Part shown: positions 19,701-30,896 of the stretch, in pieces
Layout of the letters: each line of letters starts with the position of its first letter
Position numbering within the stretch: the first letter of the stretch is position 1
Program-made: the position numbers and the translations under genes
The notes under the pieces: generated by a model
Database searches by the model: none
The model's input: only the letters and a program-made list of their open reading frames with translations
What the model was told of the DNA's origin: nothing
Virus record (IMG/VR): IMGVR_UViG_3300036832_001295
Span: 1 to 64,000 of that record
DNA from: a virus
Strand: one strand, 5' to 3'
Length of the DNA stretch: 64,000 bases

Positions 19701-20582
19701 TCAGATCTGGACACCCCACCCGTCGGCGAGCCCGGTGGCCGCCGCCACCGGTTGTTGATAGAGCACCTGCACCGAGACCCGGCCGGTGCGCATCTTCTGC
19801 GGCGGGCCGGACAACACCTGCATCGAGAGCCGCCCGGTGCGCGCCTTTGACCCGCTCACGGACAGCACCGCCCCCGCCAAGCGGGCATCACGGAGCCGGT
19901 CGGCCTGCATCGGCAGTGCGGCGTTGTAGTGCGCCAGCACCCGGGCCGCGGACAGCGCGCTGTTGTACTGCGCGTACTCGTCTATCACCGCGGCGGACAC
20001 GTTGACCGAATTGGACGGGTGCCCACCGAAGTTGTAGGTGTTGATCTGGGTGGTCTTCATGCTGGCGAAGGACTGGGAACCGACCAGCACGCCGTCCACG
20101 TAGAGCAGCGCCGTCAACCCGGACCGCACCCCGACGACGTGGTGCCGGTTGCCGTCGCGCAGGTCGATGCTCCCGGCCACGCCCGCGTTGCTGCTGCCGC
20201 CGGACAGGAAGGTGACCCAAGTGACCCGGCCGTTGAGCAGATACAGCTGGAACTGGGCGCTGGATGACTGCCCGGCCAACCACTGCTGCTGGCCCGCGAG
20301 GGTGCTGGTCGAGCGGAACCACATCTCGACGCTGGTGTCCGGGTTGGCGTCGAAGATCGTGTTGTAGGTGATCCCGACGTAGAGGGTGTTGTTGTCGGTG
20401 AAGTACCAGGCGGCGTCGGCCGGGTCACCGACCAGGCTGTGCAGCCCGCGCAGGCAGTTGGCGGTCTGCGACGCGCCGATGGCGAAGCCGTGCCCGGAGG
20501 AGTCGAGCGGGTTACCGGTGCTCTCAGCCAACCGGAAGTAGGCGGTCGGGGAATCGGCCAGCACCTCGCTGACGTAGCTCAC
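19701..20582 (-). CDS. LamG/concanavalin-like minor tail protein
   Basis: start GTG 20582 (GTGA overlap); SYVSEVLADSPTAYFRL, SVEMWF, HHVVGV, LYVDG, IDEYAQYNSALS. Confidence 0.85.
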   Translation of the reverse strand: MSYVSEVLADSPTAYFRLAESTGNPLDSSGHGFAIGASQTANCLRGLHSLVGDPADAAWYFTDNNTLYVGITYNTIFDANPDTSVEMWFRSTSTLAGQQQWLAGQSSSAQFQLYLLNGRVTWVTFLSGGSSNAGVAGSIDLRDGNRHHVVGVRSGLTALLYVDGVLVGSQSFASMKTTQINTYNFGGHPSNSVNVSAAVIDEYAQYNSALSAARVLAHYNAALPMQADRLRDARLAGAVLSVSGSKARTGRLSMQVLSGPPQKMRTGRVSVQVLYQQPVAAATGLADGWGVQI

Positions 20583-21631
20583 GCCACCTGCACCCCGGCC
20601 TGCGCGGAGTTGACGCCAGCCTGGTTCCAGGCCACCCCGGTGCCAGGGTCGACGGCGAACACGCCGCGCGCTGCCAGGAACGTGGCACCGGTCAGCGCCT
20701 GATTGGCCGACAGCGCCTCGGACACGCCTTGCCGCACTCCAAGGACCGCGCTGCGCCCGGCCCCACCGTCGGCGTTGGAACACCAGCCGGTGACCTGTAC
20801 GCCGAGGATGGTGGCGTTCGCGACCAGCGCGAGATCCTGCATCTGGTAGAAGTCCCGCTGGCCGGGGGTGGCCGACTCGACATAGCTGCTGACGACCGGC
20901 GCACCGACCTCGTTGACCAACGCGAAGTTGGACACCTGGTCGCCGTCGCTGCCGAGCAGCTGGGAGAAGCTGCCGTCACCGTTCGGGTAGAGGGTGCTGA
21001 CCTTGCAGTCGCCGAGAAAGTCGTTGGGGGTGCCGGTGCCGGTGAGCAAGTAGAAGTCGTCAATGTTCATCGCCGGGTTGCTGAAACCACTGCCCTGCGG
21101 ATAAGTAACCGAGTCGATGATCGTCTTGGTGCCCGCGTTCTTGGTGTCCACCCCGGTCAGGTCCAGCACCGGGCTGCCGTTATAGCGGACATGCACCTCA
21201 CCGACCGTGTCGGAGAGCACGCACTTGATCTCCCAATAGCCCCATGTGTTGGTGGCGATAGCTGCGCCAGACAGTGTGGTAGTGCCGAGCAGCGTCCCTG
21301 ATGGAGTACCCCGGTAGACGTTCAGTACCCCAGTGGACGGGGCCATCGTGACCGAGACGTGGGCGGTAGCGGCGTTATCGGACATGAACATGGCGAGCAG
21401 GCAGACGATATCCGCGAGATTTTGGAAGAAGCCCGCGAAGCCGGTAACCACCGTGGCGTCCCCACCGCCAGGGATCGGCAAGATCATGTAGGAGTTGAAG
21501 TTGTTCGTACCGATCTGCATGCTGGTGGTGCCGGTGCGGAATCGGGTGGTGTCGAAGGCGGGCGGATAGTTGCCGAACTGGCTTGCGGAGTGCATCTGGT
21601 CATCGAAGCCGTTGACGAACACCAGCGACAT
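20579..21631 (-). CDS. lectin-like virion protein (paralog A)
   Basis: start ATG 21631; shares MSL.F..GFD, DTKNAGT and IDDFY with 21861..22910. Confidence 0.75.
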   Translation of the reverse strand: MSLVFVNGFDDQMHSASQFGNYPPAFDTTRFRTGTTSMQIGTNNFNSYMILPIPGGGDATVVTGFAGFFQNLADIVCLLAMFMSDNAATAHVSVTMAPSTGVLNVYRGTPSGTLLGTTTLSGAAIATNTWGYWEIKCVLSDTVGEVHVRYNGSPVLDLTGVDTKNAGTKTIIDSVTYPQGSGFSNPAMNIDDFYLLTGTGTPNDFLGDCKVSTLYPNGDGSFSQLLGSDGDQVSNFALVNEVGAPVVSSYVESATPGQRDFYQMQDLALVANATILGVQVTGWCSNADGGAGRSAVLGVRQGVSEALSANQALTGATFLAARGVFAVDPGTGVAWNQAGVNSAQAGVQVA

Positions 21632-21864
21632 CAGGACCACCCCGCGTATGGCTGCGCGAAGCTGCCGGTGGTGACCACTTCGGCGTAGCACTCGGTCAAC
21701 AGCCGCATCTTCTGCCACACGGTGACCACCTCGGCGTAGTCCTCGCCCAACCGGGGGGTGCCTGCCTGGGTGGGCACCTCCGCGTAGTCCTCCACCAGCC
21801 GGGGCGTGCTGGCCTGGGTGACGACGACCTCGGCGTAGTCCTCAACAACCCGGCGGTCGGTCAC
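21631..21864 (-). CDS. small protein with four xExYAEV repeats
   Basis: 77 aa; VEDYAEV, VEDYAEV, GEDYAEV, TECYAEV; abuts both neighbours. Confidence 0.7.
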   Translation of the reverse strand: MTDRRVVEDYAEVVVTQASTPRLVEDYAEVPTQAGTPRLGEDYAEVVTVWQKMRLLTECYAEVVTTGSFAQPYAGWS

Positions 21865-22910
21865 GACACCTCAGCCCCCACCTGAAGCGCGTTCACACCC
21901 GCCACCGTCCAGGCTGCGCTGGTGGCCGGGTCGGTCTCCCGCACCGCCTGGGAATACACCTTGCTGGTCGCGCCGACGGTCACGGTGGGGTCGTAGTAGA
22001 TGGTGCCGCCGGAGCGCACCACCGGTTTGAAACCACCTGCCCCGGCGTCGCTGTTCTGTCCAGTGACAACGTTGCGGACGGCGAGCACGGCGCTGGTGCC
22101 GACTGCCAGGTCGGGCAGGTTGTAGCTGTCCCGGGTGCCGACCACTGCGGAGTAGTTGTAAGACGAGGCGTTCTGGTCGGACACGTTCTGGTAGTTGGAA
22201 CCCGCCGTTGGGGTCAACCCGGTGTCGGAGCCTGCCGCGTTCGGGGACAGCGTCTGGATGCGGATCGGACCGAGGAAGGAGTTGTTGCGGGAGCCGCTGG
22301 TGTCGGCGACGTAGAAGTCGTCAATCAGCATGGTGCCGGGCGTGCCTGACCCAGTAGAGGTGGTCCAGCCGATTTGCACCGTGTCGAAGCTGGTGTTGGT
22401 GCCCGCGTTCTTGGTGTCGATGTTGGTCAGGCTGCCATCGACGTTGCCGTCCACCCGCCAGGTGATCTCACCGATGGTGTCGCTGATCGTGATGCGAGCC
22501 TCGACGTAGTACCACTGGTTGTTCGCCATCGGCGTGGTGAACGAGCCAAGTGGTGTGGCGTTGCCGCCACGCCGCCACTGGAATGGACCGGATATCGGTA
22601 TCCAGAGTTCGACGTGGCTGGTTGTTCCACCGTCACCGAGCAGATGCAGGACCGCCTGGTCCCCGTTGCTCCCGGAGGGACGCACCATGACGTTTATCGC
22701 GAACCCGATGTAGACGGTTACGACAGCGGGAATCGTCTGCGAGAGCCGTGACCACTGCCCGTTAGCGGTGCCCGCGAAGTTGAGCGATTTGCCTGCGCTG
22801 AACGGGCTGCTGGTTGACGGCGTGGTGGTCGGTGTGCCGCTGACGGTGTAGGAACTCCACTTGCTCAGGTAGTCCCCGGTGTCGAACCCGTCGCAGAACA
22901 GCAGGCTCAT
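21861..22910 (-). CDS. lectin-like virion protein (paralog B)
   Basis: 349 aa; paralog of 20579..21631. Confidence 0.75.
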   Translation of the reverse strand: MSLLFCDGFDTGDYLSKWSSYTVSGTPTTTPSTSSPFSAGKSLNFAGTANGQWSRLSQTIPAVVTVYIGFAINVMVRPSGSNGDQAVLHLLGDGGTTSHVELWIPISGPFQWRRGGNATPLGSFTTPMANNQWYYVEARITISDTIGEITWRVDGNVDGSLTNIDTKNAGTNTSFDTVQIGWTTSTGSGTPGTMLIDDFYVADTSGSRNNSFLGPIRIQTLSPNAAGSDTGLTPTAGSNYQNVSDQNASSYNYSAVVGTRDSYNLPDLAVGTSAVLAVRNVVTGQNSDAGAGGFKPVVRSGGTIYYDPTVTVGATSKVYSQAVRETDPATSAAWTVAGVNALQVGAEVS

Positions 22911-22911
22911 C

Positions 22912-25053
22912 TCAGGCCAGTCCGATCTGCACGGTCAGCCCCGACCCGGCGAACGTGGAACCGACCTGGTCGATGTCCACCGTCAGGTAGTCCCCGGCCG
23001 CCAGCGCGGTGACATCCGGGGTGGAGGACAGGTCCGCGTTCGTCCCGGCCGCAATGGTGGGCCGGTTGGCCTGGGTGGTGAAGATGGTGGTGCCGTTGCG
23101 GTTCACGTCCACGATCGCTGCCGCGCCGGTCGGTGCGGTGCCCAGGCTGGCGATCACGTAGGAGATGGTGCGGGCCACCGGCAGGTAGATCCGCGGCTCG
23201 CCGACCTTGACGCTCACCGCCCCCGAGGCGGAGAAGGTGATCGGCGCGACCCCGGCGGCAGCACCGCCGGACAGCTGCACCGTGGCCCCGTTGACCCGGG
23301 CGAACACCCCGGCCGCGGTGACCCAGATGTCGCCGTTGACCAGCACCGTGGGAGCACTCGTCTCCGGGGTCAGGTTGAGCAGCCCAGGTACCTGCACGTG
23401 ATGCAACGCGGTGCCCAGCACGAAATCGTTGAGGTTGGCCGCCTGCGCCCCGTTACCCGCATTGTCGGTGCCGATGGCGACCGCACCTGCCTGGTCGGAC
23501 CAGGTGTTCGCACCCAGCGCGAGCGAGTTCGCACCGTTCGCGCCCGCGCCTGCCCCAGCCGCGGTCGAACTGTCCCCGTAGGCGGTGGCGGAGATGGCGA
23601 CCGAGTTGTCGGCCTGCGCCCAGGCGTTGGGGCCGAGCGCCAACGCCTGGTAGCCGCCCGAACCGGATATCCCGCACCAGGCCCGCCAGCCCAGCGCGGT
23701 CGCACCCACGTCCGGGGCAGCCGCCTCCCTGCCGATCGCGATGGCCTGACTGCCCGCTGCACTGGCCCGGTAGCCGATGCCGATCGAGTCGGCCCCGGAG
23801 GCGACCATGTTGTTCAGCGCGTCCCCGGAGCCGATGGCGACCGCGTTGTCACCGGAGGCGAGCACCCGGAAGCCCATCCCGATGCTGTACGCACCGGGGA
23901 CCCAGGCCAGCACCATCTCGCCGATGGCAATCGCGCCCTGCTTGGTGGCCTGCGCGCCGTTGCCGATCGCGATGCTGCTGTCCGTGTTGGTGGTGGACTC
24001 ACCCGCCCGCGCGCCGCTACCGATCGCGATGTGCGCGTTGGTGGTGCCGGAAGACAGCAGCGTGGCCGCGCCCAGCCCGATCGCCATGTCGGCTTGGTTG
24101 GTGGCATCACAGGCCCGTCCGAGCGCCAGCCCGGCGTAGTTGCGGGCTTCGCTGCGGTAGCCGATGGCGACGCCGTACTCGGCGGGGGCATCGACCGTCG
24201 CCCCGTCACCGATCGCGATGCCGTGGTCGACTCCGACGTCGGAGGTACCGCTGCCCGCGAGGGTGCTGGTGATCGAGACGGCGCTGGCATCGACCTGGGT
24301 GCCGGTGATGACATTGGTAGCCCCGGTAGCACCCGGCGGGCCAGCGGGACCGCTCGCCCCGGCAGGACCCGCGGGTCCGGTTACTCCGGCGGGACCGGCG
24401 GGTCCGGTTGACCCGGTCGCCCCGGTAGGCCCGGTGCTGCCTTGCGGACCGGCGGGTCCGACCACTCCCTGCGGACCGGCCGGACCGGTGGATCCGGCAA
24501 CCCCCGGCGGACCTTGCAACGGCTGGAACTGGAAGGCGACCATCACCTGCGCGCCGTCGGCCGGTTCGGTGCCCTGCGGCGACCCGGCGTCGGTGGTCAC
24601 CCCGACCCGGTACTGCTGGGCGGCGACCTGGGTGGGTGCGACGGTGATCGTGTACCGGTGCCAGGAGGCGGCGTTGTTGGCCTGTTGCAGGTAGATGTGA
24701 TCGCCGATCGCCAGCGGGGTGAGCACCTCGGCGAAGTCGACGTTGTTGATGTCCAGGGTGTTCAGCCACAGCGTGCTGGCCTGCGCGGGTAGGTCGGTGT
24801 TCACCCCGATGTGCTGGGCGGCGGGGGCTGCGGAGATGGGTGCGGCGGTCCAGTACCAGACCGACTGCTGGGTACCGCCCCCGGCCCCGCCCGGATTGCC
24901 TTGCGGACCGACCGCGCCCTGTGTCCCCGCGGGCCCGGCACTGCCTTGCGGTCCTGCCGGGCCCTGCGTCCCGGCAGGACCGGTCGGACCCTGTGCCCCG
25001 TAGGCGATGTAGAGCCAGGAGCCGTCTTGGGCCTTGACCTTCGTCGCGGTCAT
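22912..25053 (-). CDS. collagen-like tail fibre with YadA-head-like repeats
   Basis: 713 aa; two GXY tracts and about 18 (A/S)xAIG/LG repeats. Confidence 0.85.
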   Translation of the reverse strand: MTATKVKAQDGSWLYIAYGAQGPTGPAGTQGPAGPQGSAGPAGTQGAVGPQGNPGGAGGGTQQSVWYWTAAPISAAPAAQHIGVNTDLPAQASTLWLNTLDINNVDFAEVLTPLAIGDHIYLQQANNAASWHRYTITVAPTQVAAQQYRVGVTTDAGSPQGTEPADGAQVMVAFQFQPLQGPPGVAGSTGPAGPQGVVGPAGPQGSTGPTGATGSTGPAGPAGVTGPAGPAGASGPAGPPGATGATNVITGTQVDASAVSITSTLAGSGTSDVGVDHGIAIGDGATVDAPAEYGVAIGYRSEARNYAGLALGRACDATNQADMAIGLGAATLLSSGTTNAHIAIGSGARAGESTTNTDSSIAIGNGAQATKQGAIAIGEMVLAWVPGAYSIGMGFRVLASGDNAVAIGSGDALNNMVASGADSIGIGYRASAAGSQAIAIGREAAAPDVGATALGWRAWCGISGSGGYQALALGPNAWAQADNSVAISATAYGDSSTAAGAGAGANGANSLALGANTWSDQAGAVAIGTDNAGNGAQAANLNDFVLGTALHHVQVPGLLNLTPETSAPTVLVNGDIWVTAAGVFARVNGATVQLSGGAAAGVAPITFSASGAVSVKVGEPRIYLPVARTISYVIASLGTAPTGAAAIVDVNRNGTTIFTTQANRPTIAAGTNADLSSTPDVTALAAGDYLTVDIDQVGSTFAGSGLTVQIGLA

Positions 25054-25060
25054 CGGGTCA

Positions 25061-25243
25061 CTACCTGGCGGCCCGGGTTTCGGCGCTGGGTTGTGCCGCC
25101 CCGTTGTCAGAAACCTTGAACTCGTTCAAAGTTGCCTCCAACGCTGCGATCCGCGCGTTGGCCTGGGCGAGCGCCAGCCCGACCTGGTTGAGCAGGTAGA
25201 TCAGACCCTCGATGTTCGGGACGTTGTTCACAGGCTGGGACAT
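25061..25243 (-). CDS. small coiled-coil protein
   Basis: 60 aa; [15 protein letters not shown] heptads; possible fibre chaperone. Confidence 0.55.
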   Translation of the reverse strand: MSQPVNNVPNIEGLIYLLNQVGLALAQANARIAALEATLNEFKVSDNGAAQPSAETRAAR

Positions 25244-25282
25244 GGGATGTTCCGTTCTGAGCCTTCCGGCCCGGGAAAACTG

Positions 25283-25552
25283 CTACGGCGTGTTGACCGC
25301 CTGCACGGCAGCGAGGATGTTGCCGTCGGTGATCACGTCGTCGCGCATCCCCAGGTCCGGGTTCTGGTTGACGGTCATCGAATCCACCGCAGAGGTCCAC
25401 TGGTCCGTCCAACCGGGTGAGGCAAGCAGCTTCCACCAGTTGGTGGCCACCCAGCCTTCCGGGCTGTCGATGCCCTCCCCGGCTGCGGCGGCGGTGCACC
25501 GGTTGCGCAACGACGTGCTGCCCGACATCGACACGCTCGCGTTGTAGGTCAT
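25283..25552 (-). CDS. hypothetical tail-associated protein
   Basis: 89 aa, GGAG RBS; VITDGNILAAVQA C-terminus. Confidence 0.7.
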   Translation of the reverse strand: MTYNASVSMSGSTSLRNRCTAAAAGEGIDSPEGWVATNWWKLLASPGWTDQWTSAVDSMTVNQNPDLGMRDDVITDGNILAAVQAVNTP

Positions 25553-25562
25553 ACGGGTCTCC

Positions 25563-28500
25563 TCACTTCCAGGCCGGGACGTAGACGGTGGTGCCGTCGC
25601 TAGAGGTCATCCTGAACCACGTGTAGGGGGCGGCGGCCACAGTGGCCGGGCTGTTCGCGCCGAGCGCGGCGCTGGCTGCGCCGGTCGCGTTGTTGCTGAT
25701 CTTCACTTGATGGTTGGCGGTGCCCAGCGCGATCTGGTTGGCCACCGCGGTACTGGCCCCGGCCGCGCCGCTGTCCGTGCCGATGGCCACCGAACCGTTG
25801 CCGCTGGCCACCGTGGCATAGCCGAGCGCGGTGGTATAGGCCAACGACGCGCCGCTGAAGTTGGCCTGGTAGCCCAGCGCGGTGTTGCCCGAGCCGTCGA
25901 CCAGCGAGAACAGCGGCCGGTAGCCGACCCCGGTGTTGCTGGCCCCGGTGGTGGCGCTGCGTACCGCGTTGTCGCCGACCCCGGTGTTGTTGATGCCGGT
26001 GGTCACCGAGAGCAGCGCCGCGTAGCCCAGCGCGGTGCAGGCCACTGCGCCAGCGGCGTTGTTCAGCGCCTGGTAGCCGACCGCCACCATGCTGCCGACG
26101 GTGGTGTTCTTCATCATCGCCTGCCAGCCGATGGCGACGTTCTGCGCCCCGGTGGTGTTGCCGAGCAACGCGCTGCTGCCGATCGCGATGTTGAATGCAG
26201 CGTCGGTAAGGCTCTTCAGTGCGTTGAATCCGACGGCGACGTTCTCTGTGGCGTTGACGGTTGGCGCGCCAGCGCTCATCGCCTGGGCACCTACCGCGAT
26301 GTTGTAGTTGGCGATCAGGGTGTTGCCCGCGTAGTAGCCGAGCGCGACGTTCTGCTGGCCGGTCGTCGTGTTCTGCAGCGCGCTCATCCCGACTGCGGTG
26401 TTGTACGCCCCGGAAGCCTTGTAGAGCGCGTTCTGGCCGATCGCGACACTGCCCGACCCGGCGGTGGCGATCTGCATCGCGTTCATCCCGATGGCGACTT
26501 GCCCGTCGCTGGCGGTGGCGGTGCTCAGCGCGTTCGCCCCGATGGCGACGCTGTTGTTGCTGCCAGCGACTATCGCCGACAGCGCGCCGTTGCCGAGCGC
26601 GGTGTTGCCGGAGCCGGTGGTGTTGTTCTGCATCGCGTTATAGCCGACCGCGGTGTTGCTGTTGCCGATCGTGTTCTGTAACGCCTGCGATCCGACGCCG
26701 ACATTGAAACTGCAAGCGTCGGACAGGTTCATCGCGTTGTAGCCGAGCGCGACATTGTTGTTGCCGGTCAGCATCGCCGCGAGGGTGCTGGTGCCGACCG
26801 CCACGATGGAGCCAGCGGTGGTGGCGGCGGTCATCGCGTTGTAGCCGACAGCGGTGTTGTTGACTCCGGTGGTGCTGGCTTTGAGGGCGTTGTTGCCGAC
26901 TGCGACGCTGATGCAGCTAGCAGAAGTGTTGGCGGCGAGCGTCGAGTAGCCGACTGCGACCGACCCGCCGATGCCATTGGCGTTCTGCATCGCGAGGGAG
27001 CCGACGGCGGTGTTGGTGCCACCGGAGACGTTCGCTGACAAGGCGAGAATGCCGACCGCGGTGTTGTTGCTGCCGGTCTGGTTCAGGGACAGCGCGGCGT
27101 GCCCGAGCCCAGTGTTGCTGGCCCCGGTGGTATTCACCTGCAACGTGGTGTAGCCCATCGCGATGTTGCCGGTGCCGCTGGTGTTGGCTTTCAGCGCGTT
27201 CAGCCCGACCGCGACCAGCCCGGTGGCGGTGTTGCTTTGCAACGCGCTGACGCCGATCGCGGTGCAGGAACTGGCCGTCGTGGTCCCGGACATAGCGTTA
27301 TAGCCGAGCGCAGTATTGGAAGCGCTGGTGGTGACCGCTGCCAGCGCGCCGAGGCCGACGGCGGTACTGCTGCTGCCGTCTACGTTCGCGGCCAGCGCGC
27401 TGCTGCCGACCGCGGTGTTGCTGCCTCCGGTGGTGTCCGCAGCGAGCGCGACGTATCCGAGGGCGGTGTTGCCCGTCCCGCTGGTGTTGGCCTTCAGCGC
27501 GTTCAGCCCGACCGCGGTCTGGTTGCTGACGGTGGTGTTCTGCAGCGCGGCGTAGCCGACCGCGACATTCTGCGACCCGCTGGACAACTGCATGCAGGTG
27601 CTGCCGACCGCGGTGTTGTAGCCGGTGGTGTTGGTGTTGCCGGACAGGGCGTTGACTCCCACCGCGACGTTATTAGCGCCGGTCACGGTGGTAGACAGTG
27701 CGGCGTAGCCGAGCGCGGTGTTGTTGATGCCGGAGGTGTTGGCGTTCAGCGCCTGGTAGCCAAGCCCAACATTGGCGGTGCCGGTGGTGTTCTGCTGCAT
27801 CGCGGCGTAACCGACCGCGGTCTGGTTGCCCGAGGTCGTGTTCTGCAGGGCGAGGTAGCCCACTGCGACATTCGCGCCCCCGGACGTGGACAGCTGCATC
27901 GCGGCGTAGCCGAGTGCGGTGTTGGTGCCACTGCTGGTCGCTCCGGCCAGCGCCGACCAGCCGAACGCGGTGTTGCCAGTGGCCGTGGCGTTCTGCAACG
28001 CGGATGTGCCAACTGCGGTGTTGTTCGCGCCGCTGACGTTGGCGAGTAGCGCGTTGTAGCCGAGCGCGACGTTGCTGCCGCCGGTCGTGTTGTTGGATAG
28101 GGCGGCATTGCCGACCGCAGTGTTCGCAGCGCCGGTCGTGTTCAGGCAGAGCGCCTGGATGCCGAACGCGGTGCCCGCGACGGTGCTGTTCTGCAGCGCC
28201 CGGTAGCCCATCGCGGTGCCGCTCGGGCCGGTGCAGAGTTGCATCGCCAGTTCACCGACGGCGGTGTTGAAGTTGCCGGTGGCGTTGGTGGCCAGCGCGA
28301 GGTAGCCGACGGCGGTGTTGTTGACGGCGGTGGTGAGCGCGGCGAGGGCGCTGTTGCCGACGGCGGTGTTGTTGCCGGAGCCGGTGGTCTGGGCAGCCAT
28401 TGCGCCCAGCCCGAAGCCTTCGTTGTGGTTGGCGGGTTCACCGAAGACTTGGGACAGCACTGAGCCGTGCGCGTCGATCCCGACCACGTTGGCCCAACCG

Positions 28501-30119
28501 ATGGCGTAGTCGGTGCCGCTGGTCTTGGTCAGCGCCTGCCCGGTGGTGCCACCGGCAGGCACACCTATCACGGTCTGATCTGCGGTCACCTGGACCCGGA
28601 AGTAGGCGATGTCGGTCGCACTGGCGGTCATCGAGACCTGGAACTGGTTATTCGACTGCGCGGACACCCGAGCCTGCAACGCCAGCGTCTGCCCATGGGT
28701 GATCGGATTGGCGTTCACCACGGCCAGCGCAGCGGTCTGCGTCGTGTTGGCGGCGACGTTGACGAAGGCGTTGCGGGTCAGCGGTGCCGCCCCGTTGACC
28801 GAGACGCCGAACTCCACCGTCCCGGTCCGGGTGGTGGTGTTCGTCAGGGTCATCTGGGCGGAGATCGTCGCGTCCCCGACCGGGATGTCGCGTCCGACCA
28901 CCAACGACAGGCCGAGATCCACCCACGGAGAAGGTGCGGCGACACCCGCAGCCTTGATCGTCACGCCGGTCTGGGTCGACGCGCTGATCTGGTAGCCGAG
29001 GGCCGGTGGCGCACCCCAGCCGAGGATCGCGTTGTTCGAGTTGTCGAAGCCCGCGATCACCAGCGGCGAGTCCTGCTGGCCGCCGAGCATGGTGGACATG
29101 GGCATCTGCGAGTCCAGCAGCAGACGCGGTGCACTGACGATGATGCCGTCCGGGGACGAGACGCCCAGCGCGTCGGCGTTCGGGTTCTCTACGTCGGGGA
29201 CGATGCCGATGGTGCCGGACGAGGCGTCGTAGGCGATCCCCAACGCGCCGGTCATCGTGTCCCCGGTGGTGTTCACGTACAACCCGTCCGCGATGGCCTG
29301 GTCAAGACCGGGCACCCCGACCTCCTGCCAGGGCGACCAGGCCTGCGTGGTGCTCCCGGTGGTGTAGGTGCGGAAGAAGCGTCGCCCGGAGGTCAACCCG
29401 GTCCAGGTCTGGGTCTGGGCCTGCGGCGTGTCGGTGGCGGTGCCGTCCACCCAGTCGTAGTCGGCCAGGTCGACGGTCAGGATCGCCTGCTCACCGGTCA
29501 GCGGGCCGCTGGCGGCGCGGTAGCTTCCGTTCATGAACACGTGATCCGGGTCGGCGCTGACATTGCCGGTGAACGACAACGGGGTCCACACCGACCAGAG
29601 GTTCTGCTGGCTGTGCCGCACCCACACGTCGTTGTTCAGGTCGGTGGTGTGTGGGCCGTCCGCGATCCACGTCTGGCTGATGTGCCGCAGTGACGGGTCG
29701 GCCCCCTGGCCGGTGCCGAAGACCTGCAAGACGCCGGTCGGGTCCTGCCCCTCGATGTCGACGCTGGCGACGTCCATCGCGATCGGCAACTGGGTGCGGT
29801 GGATCAGGTAGAAGCCCGGTTCGGTCAGGTCGTCGGCGGTGCCGACCCCGGTCATGTCCTGCAGCTGCCCCAGGCCGCCGTCGACCCCGGTCATGTCATC
29901 GGTGTCCACCCAGAAATCGCCGGTCTGTGCCGTGCCCGGCTCGTCCGGCTGGATGAAGACGTCCGGACCGTCCTCGCCGTCCGTACCCGGTGGACCTGCC
30001 GGGCCCGGTGGACCAGGCGGGCCGGGCGAGGTGGGCCAGACGTCGACATTCCCAGCGCCGCCGGTCCCGCCCAGGTCGAAGTCGATCGGGGTAGAGGCAG
30101 TTACCCGGTAGTTGGTCAT
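25563..30119 (-). CDS. long beta-solenoid tail fibre/adhesin
   Basis: start reset to ATG 30119 (ATGA overlap), 1518 aa; dozens of ~14 aa NTAVGxxAL/M repeats after an N-terminal collagen/fibre region. Confidence 0.85.
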   Translation of the reverse strand: MTNYRVTASTPIDFDLGGTGGAGNVDVWPTSPGPPGPPGPAGPPGTDGEDGPDVFIQPDEPGTAQTGDFWVDTDDMTGVDGGLGQLQDMTGVGTADDLTEPGFYLIHRTQLPIAMDVASVDIEGQDPTGVLQVFGTGQGADPSLRHISQTWIADGPHTTDLNNDVWVRHSQQNLWSVWTPLSFTGNVSADPDHVFMNGSYRAASGPLTGEQAILTVDLADYDWVDGTATDTPQAQTQTWTGLTSGRRFFRTYTTGSTTQAWSPWQEVGVPGLDQAIADGLYVNTTGDTMTGALGIAYDASSGTIGIVPDVENPNADALGVSSPDGIIVSAPRLLLDSQMPMSTMLGGQQDSPLVIAGFDNSNNAILGWGAPPALGYQISASTQTGVTIKAAGVAAPSPWVDLGLSLVVGRDIPVGDATISAQMTLTNTTTRTGTVEFGVSVNGAAPLTRNAFVNVAANTTQTAALAVVNANPITHGQTLALQARVSAQSNNQFQVSMTASATDIAYFRVQVTADQTVIGVPAGGTTGQALTKTSGTDYAIGWANVVGIDAHGSVLSQVFGEPANHNEGFGLGAMAAQTTGSGNNTAVGNSALAALTTAVNNTAVGYLALATNATGNFNTAVGELAMQLCTGPSGTAMGYRALQNSTVAGTAFGIQALCLNTTGAANTAVGNAALSNNTTGGSNVALGYNALLANVSGANNTAVGTSALQNATATGNTAFGWSALAGATSSGTNTALGYAAMQLSTSGGANVAVGYLALQNTTSGNQTAVGYAAMQQNTTGTANVGLGYQALNANTSGINNTALGYAALSTTVTGANNVAVGVNALSGNTNTTGYNTAVGSTCMQLSSGSQNVAVGYAALQNTTVSNQTAVGLNALKANTSGTGNTALGYVALAADTTGGSNTAVGSSALAANVDGSSSTAVGLGALAAVTTSASNTALGYNAMSGTTTASSCTAIGVSALQSNTATGLVAVGLNALKANTSGTGNIAMGYTTLQVNTTGASNTGLGHAALSLNQTGSNNTAVGILALSANVSGGTNTAVGSLAMQNANGIGGSVAVGYSTLAANTSASCISVAVGNNALKASTTGVNNTAVGYNAMTAATTAGSIVAVGTSTLAAMLTGNNNVALGYNAMNLSDACSFNVGVGSQALQNTIGNSNTAVGYNAMQNNTTGSGNTALGNGALSAIVAGSNNSVAIGANALSTATASDGQVAIGMNAMQIATAGSGSVAIGQNALYKASGAYNTAVGMSALQNTTTGQQNVALGYYAGNTLIANYNIAVGAQAMSAGAPTVNATENVAVGFNALKSLTDAAFNIAIGSSALLGNTTGAQNVAIGWQAMMKNTTVGSMVAVGYQALNNAAGAVACTALGYAALLSVTTGINNTGVGDNAVRSATTGASNTGVGYRPLFSLVDGSGNTALGYQANFSGASLAYTTALGYATVASGNGSVAIGTDSGAAGASTAVANQIALGTANHQVKISNNATGAASAALGANSPATVAAAPYTWFRMTSSDGTTVYVPAWK

Positions 30120-30871
30120 GAAGTCACCGTCACATCCCCGACCGCGATCGTGACGATCCCCTCCGGCAGGCTCAGGCGGCACTCCCACCGACAGACCGGC
30201 GGCAAAGTCACGGTGATGGTGTGGTCCAACATCAGGTGGATCACGTTGACGTTGACGGACAGCACGGTGAACACACCCAGCTGTTGACCGCCGTGGAAGA
30301 CGTCGGCGGCGACCATGTCGCCGCTCAGGTCGGCGGGGGCCCCGGTGTCCTGGTCGGTGAGAGTGAGGTCGAGGAAGTAGTCGTCGCCGCCCCGGAAACG
30401 GATGTTGACGATGGCCGGTTCGGCTTCCACGGTCTGCGGCGGTTCGGTCGGTTCCGGCGGGCCCGGCGGTATCTCCCCGGCAGGCAACGGCGGCCAGGCG
30501 GTGACCCGCGGGGTGACGGTGAGCACCCCGGAGGCGATCTTGGCGGTGTCCCCGTCGACCAGCCCGAAGCAGTCCCAGAAGCCGCGCCCGGAGGGCATCA
30601 GGGCGGTCACCGAGGCAGCCAGGTGCAGCAGCCATTGACCGACCGCGATGATCTGGATCAGGCCGTCGGCGGTGCCGGTGACATCCAGCCGGGCCAGCAG
30701 TTGGGAGTCGGGGTTGGTGTCCCGGCGCATCTCGATGACCGGCTCATCGACCGGCAGCGGGGTGACCGCGTCGGAGCGGTAGACCCAGAACGGTTCGGTG
30801 AACGCCGCCCCGCAGGCGATGCTCATCGCCAGCTGGGTGTTGCCGGGCAGCGTGTAGCTGGGCGCGCTCAC
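30116..30871 (-). CDS. tail/baseplate attachment-like protein (tandem beta domains)
   Basis: 251 aa; two similar domains ending SGVLTVT and VGDVTVT, BppU-N-like by recollection. Confidence 0.6.
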   Translation of the reverse strand: MSAPSYTLPGNTQLAMSIACGAAFTEPFWVYRSDAVTPLPVDEPVIEMRRDTNPDSQLLARLDVTGTADGLIQIIAVGQWLLHLAASVTALMPSGRGFWDCFGLVDGDTAKIASGVLTVTPRVTAWPPLPAGEIPPGPPEPTEPPQTVEAEPAIVNIRFRGGDDYFLDLTLTDQDTGAPADLSGDMVAADVFHGGQQLGVFTVLSVNVNVIHLMLDHTITVTLPPVCRWECRLSLPEGIVTIAVGDVTVTS

Positions 30872-30896
30872 GTTACTTTGGCGCTCAGCGGGGCGG

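Noticed and set aside
25700-28440. Approximately 42 bp periodic DNA repeats
   Set aside because: Explained by the 14 aa NTAVG solenoid repeats of the fibre protein.
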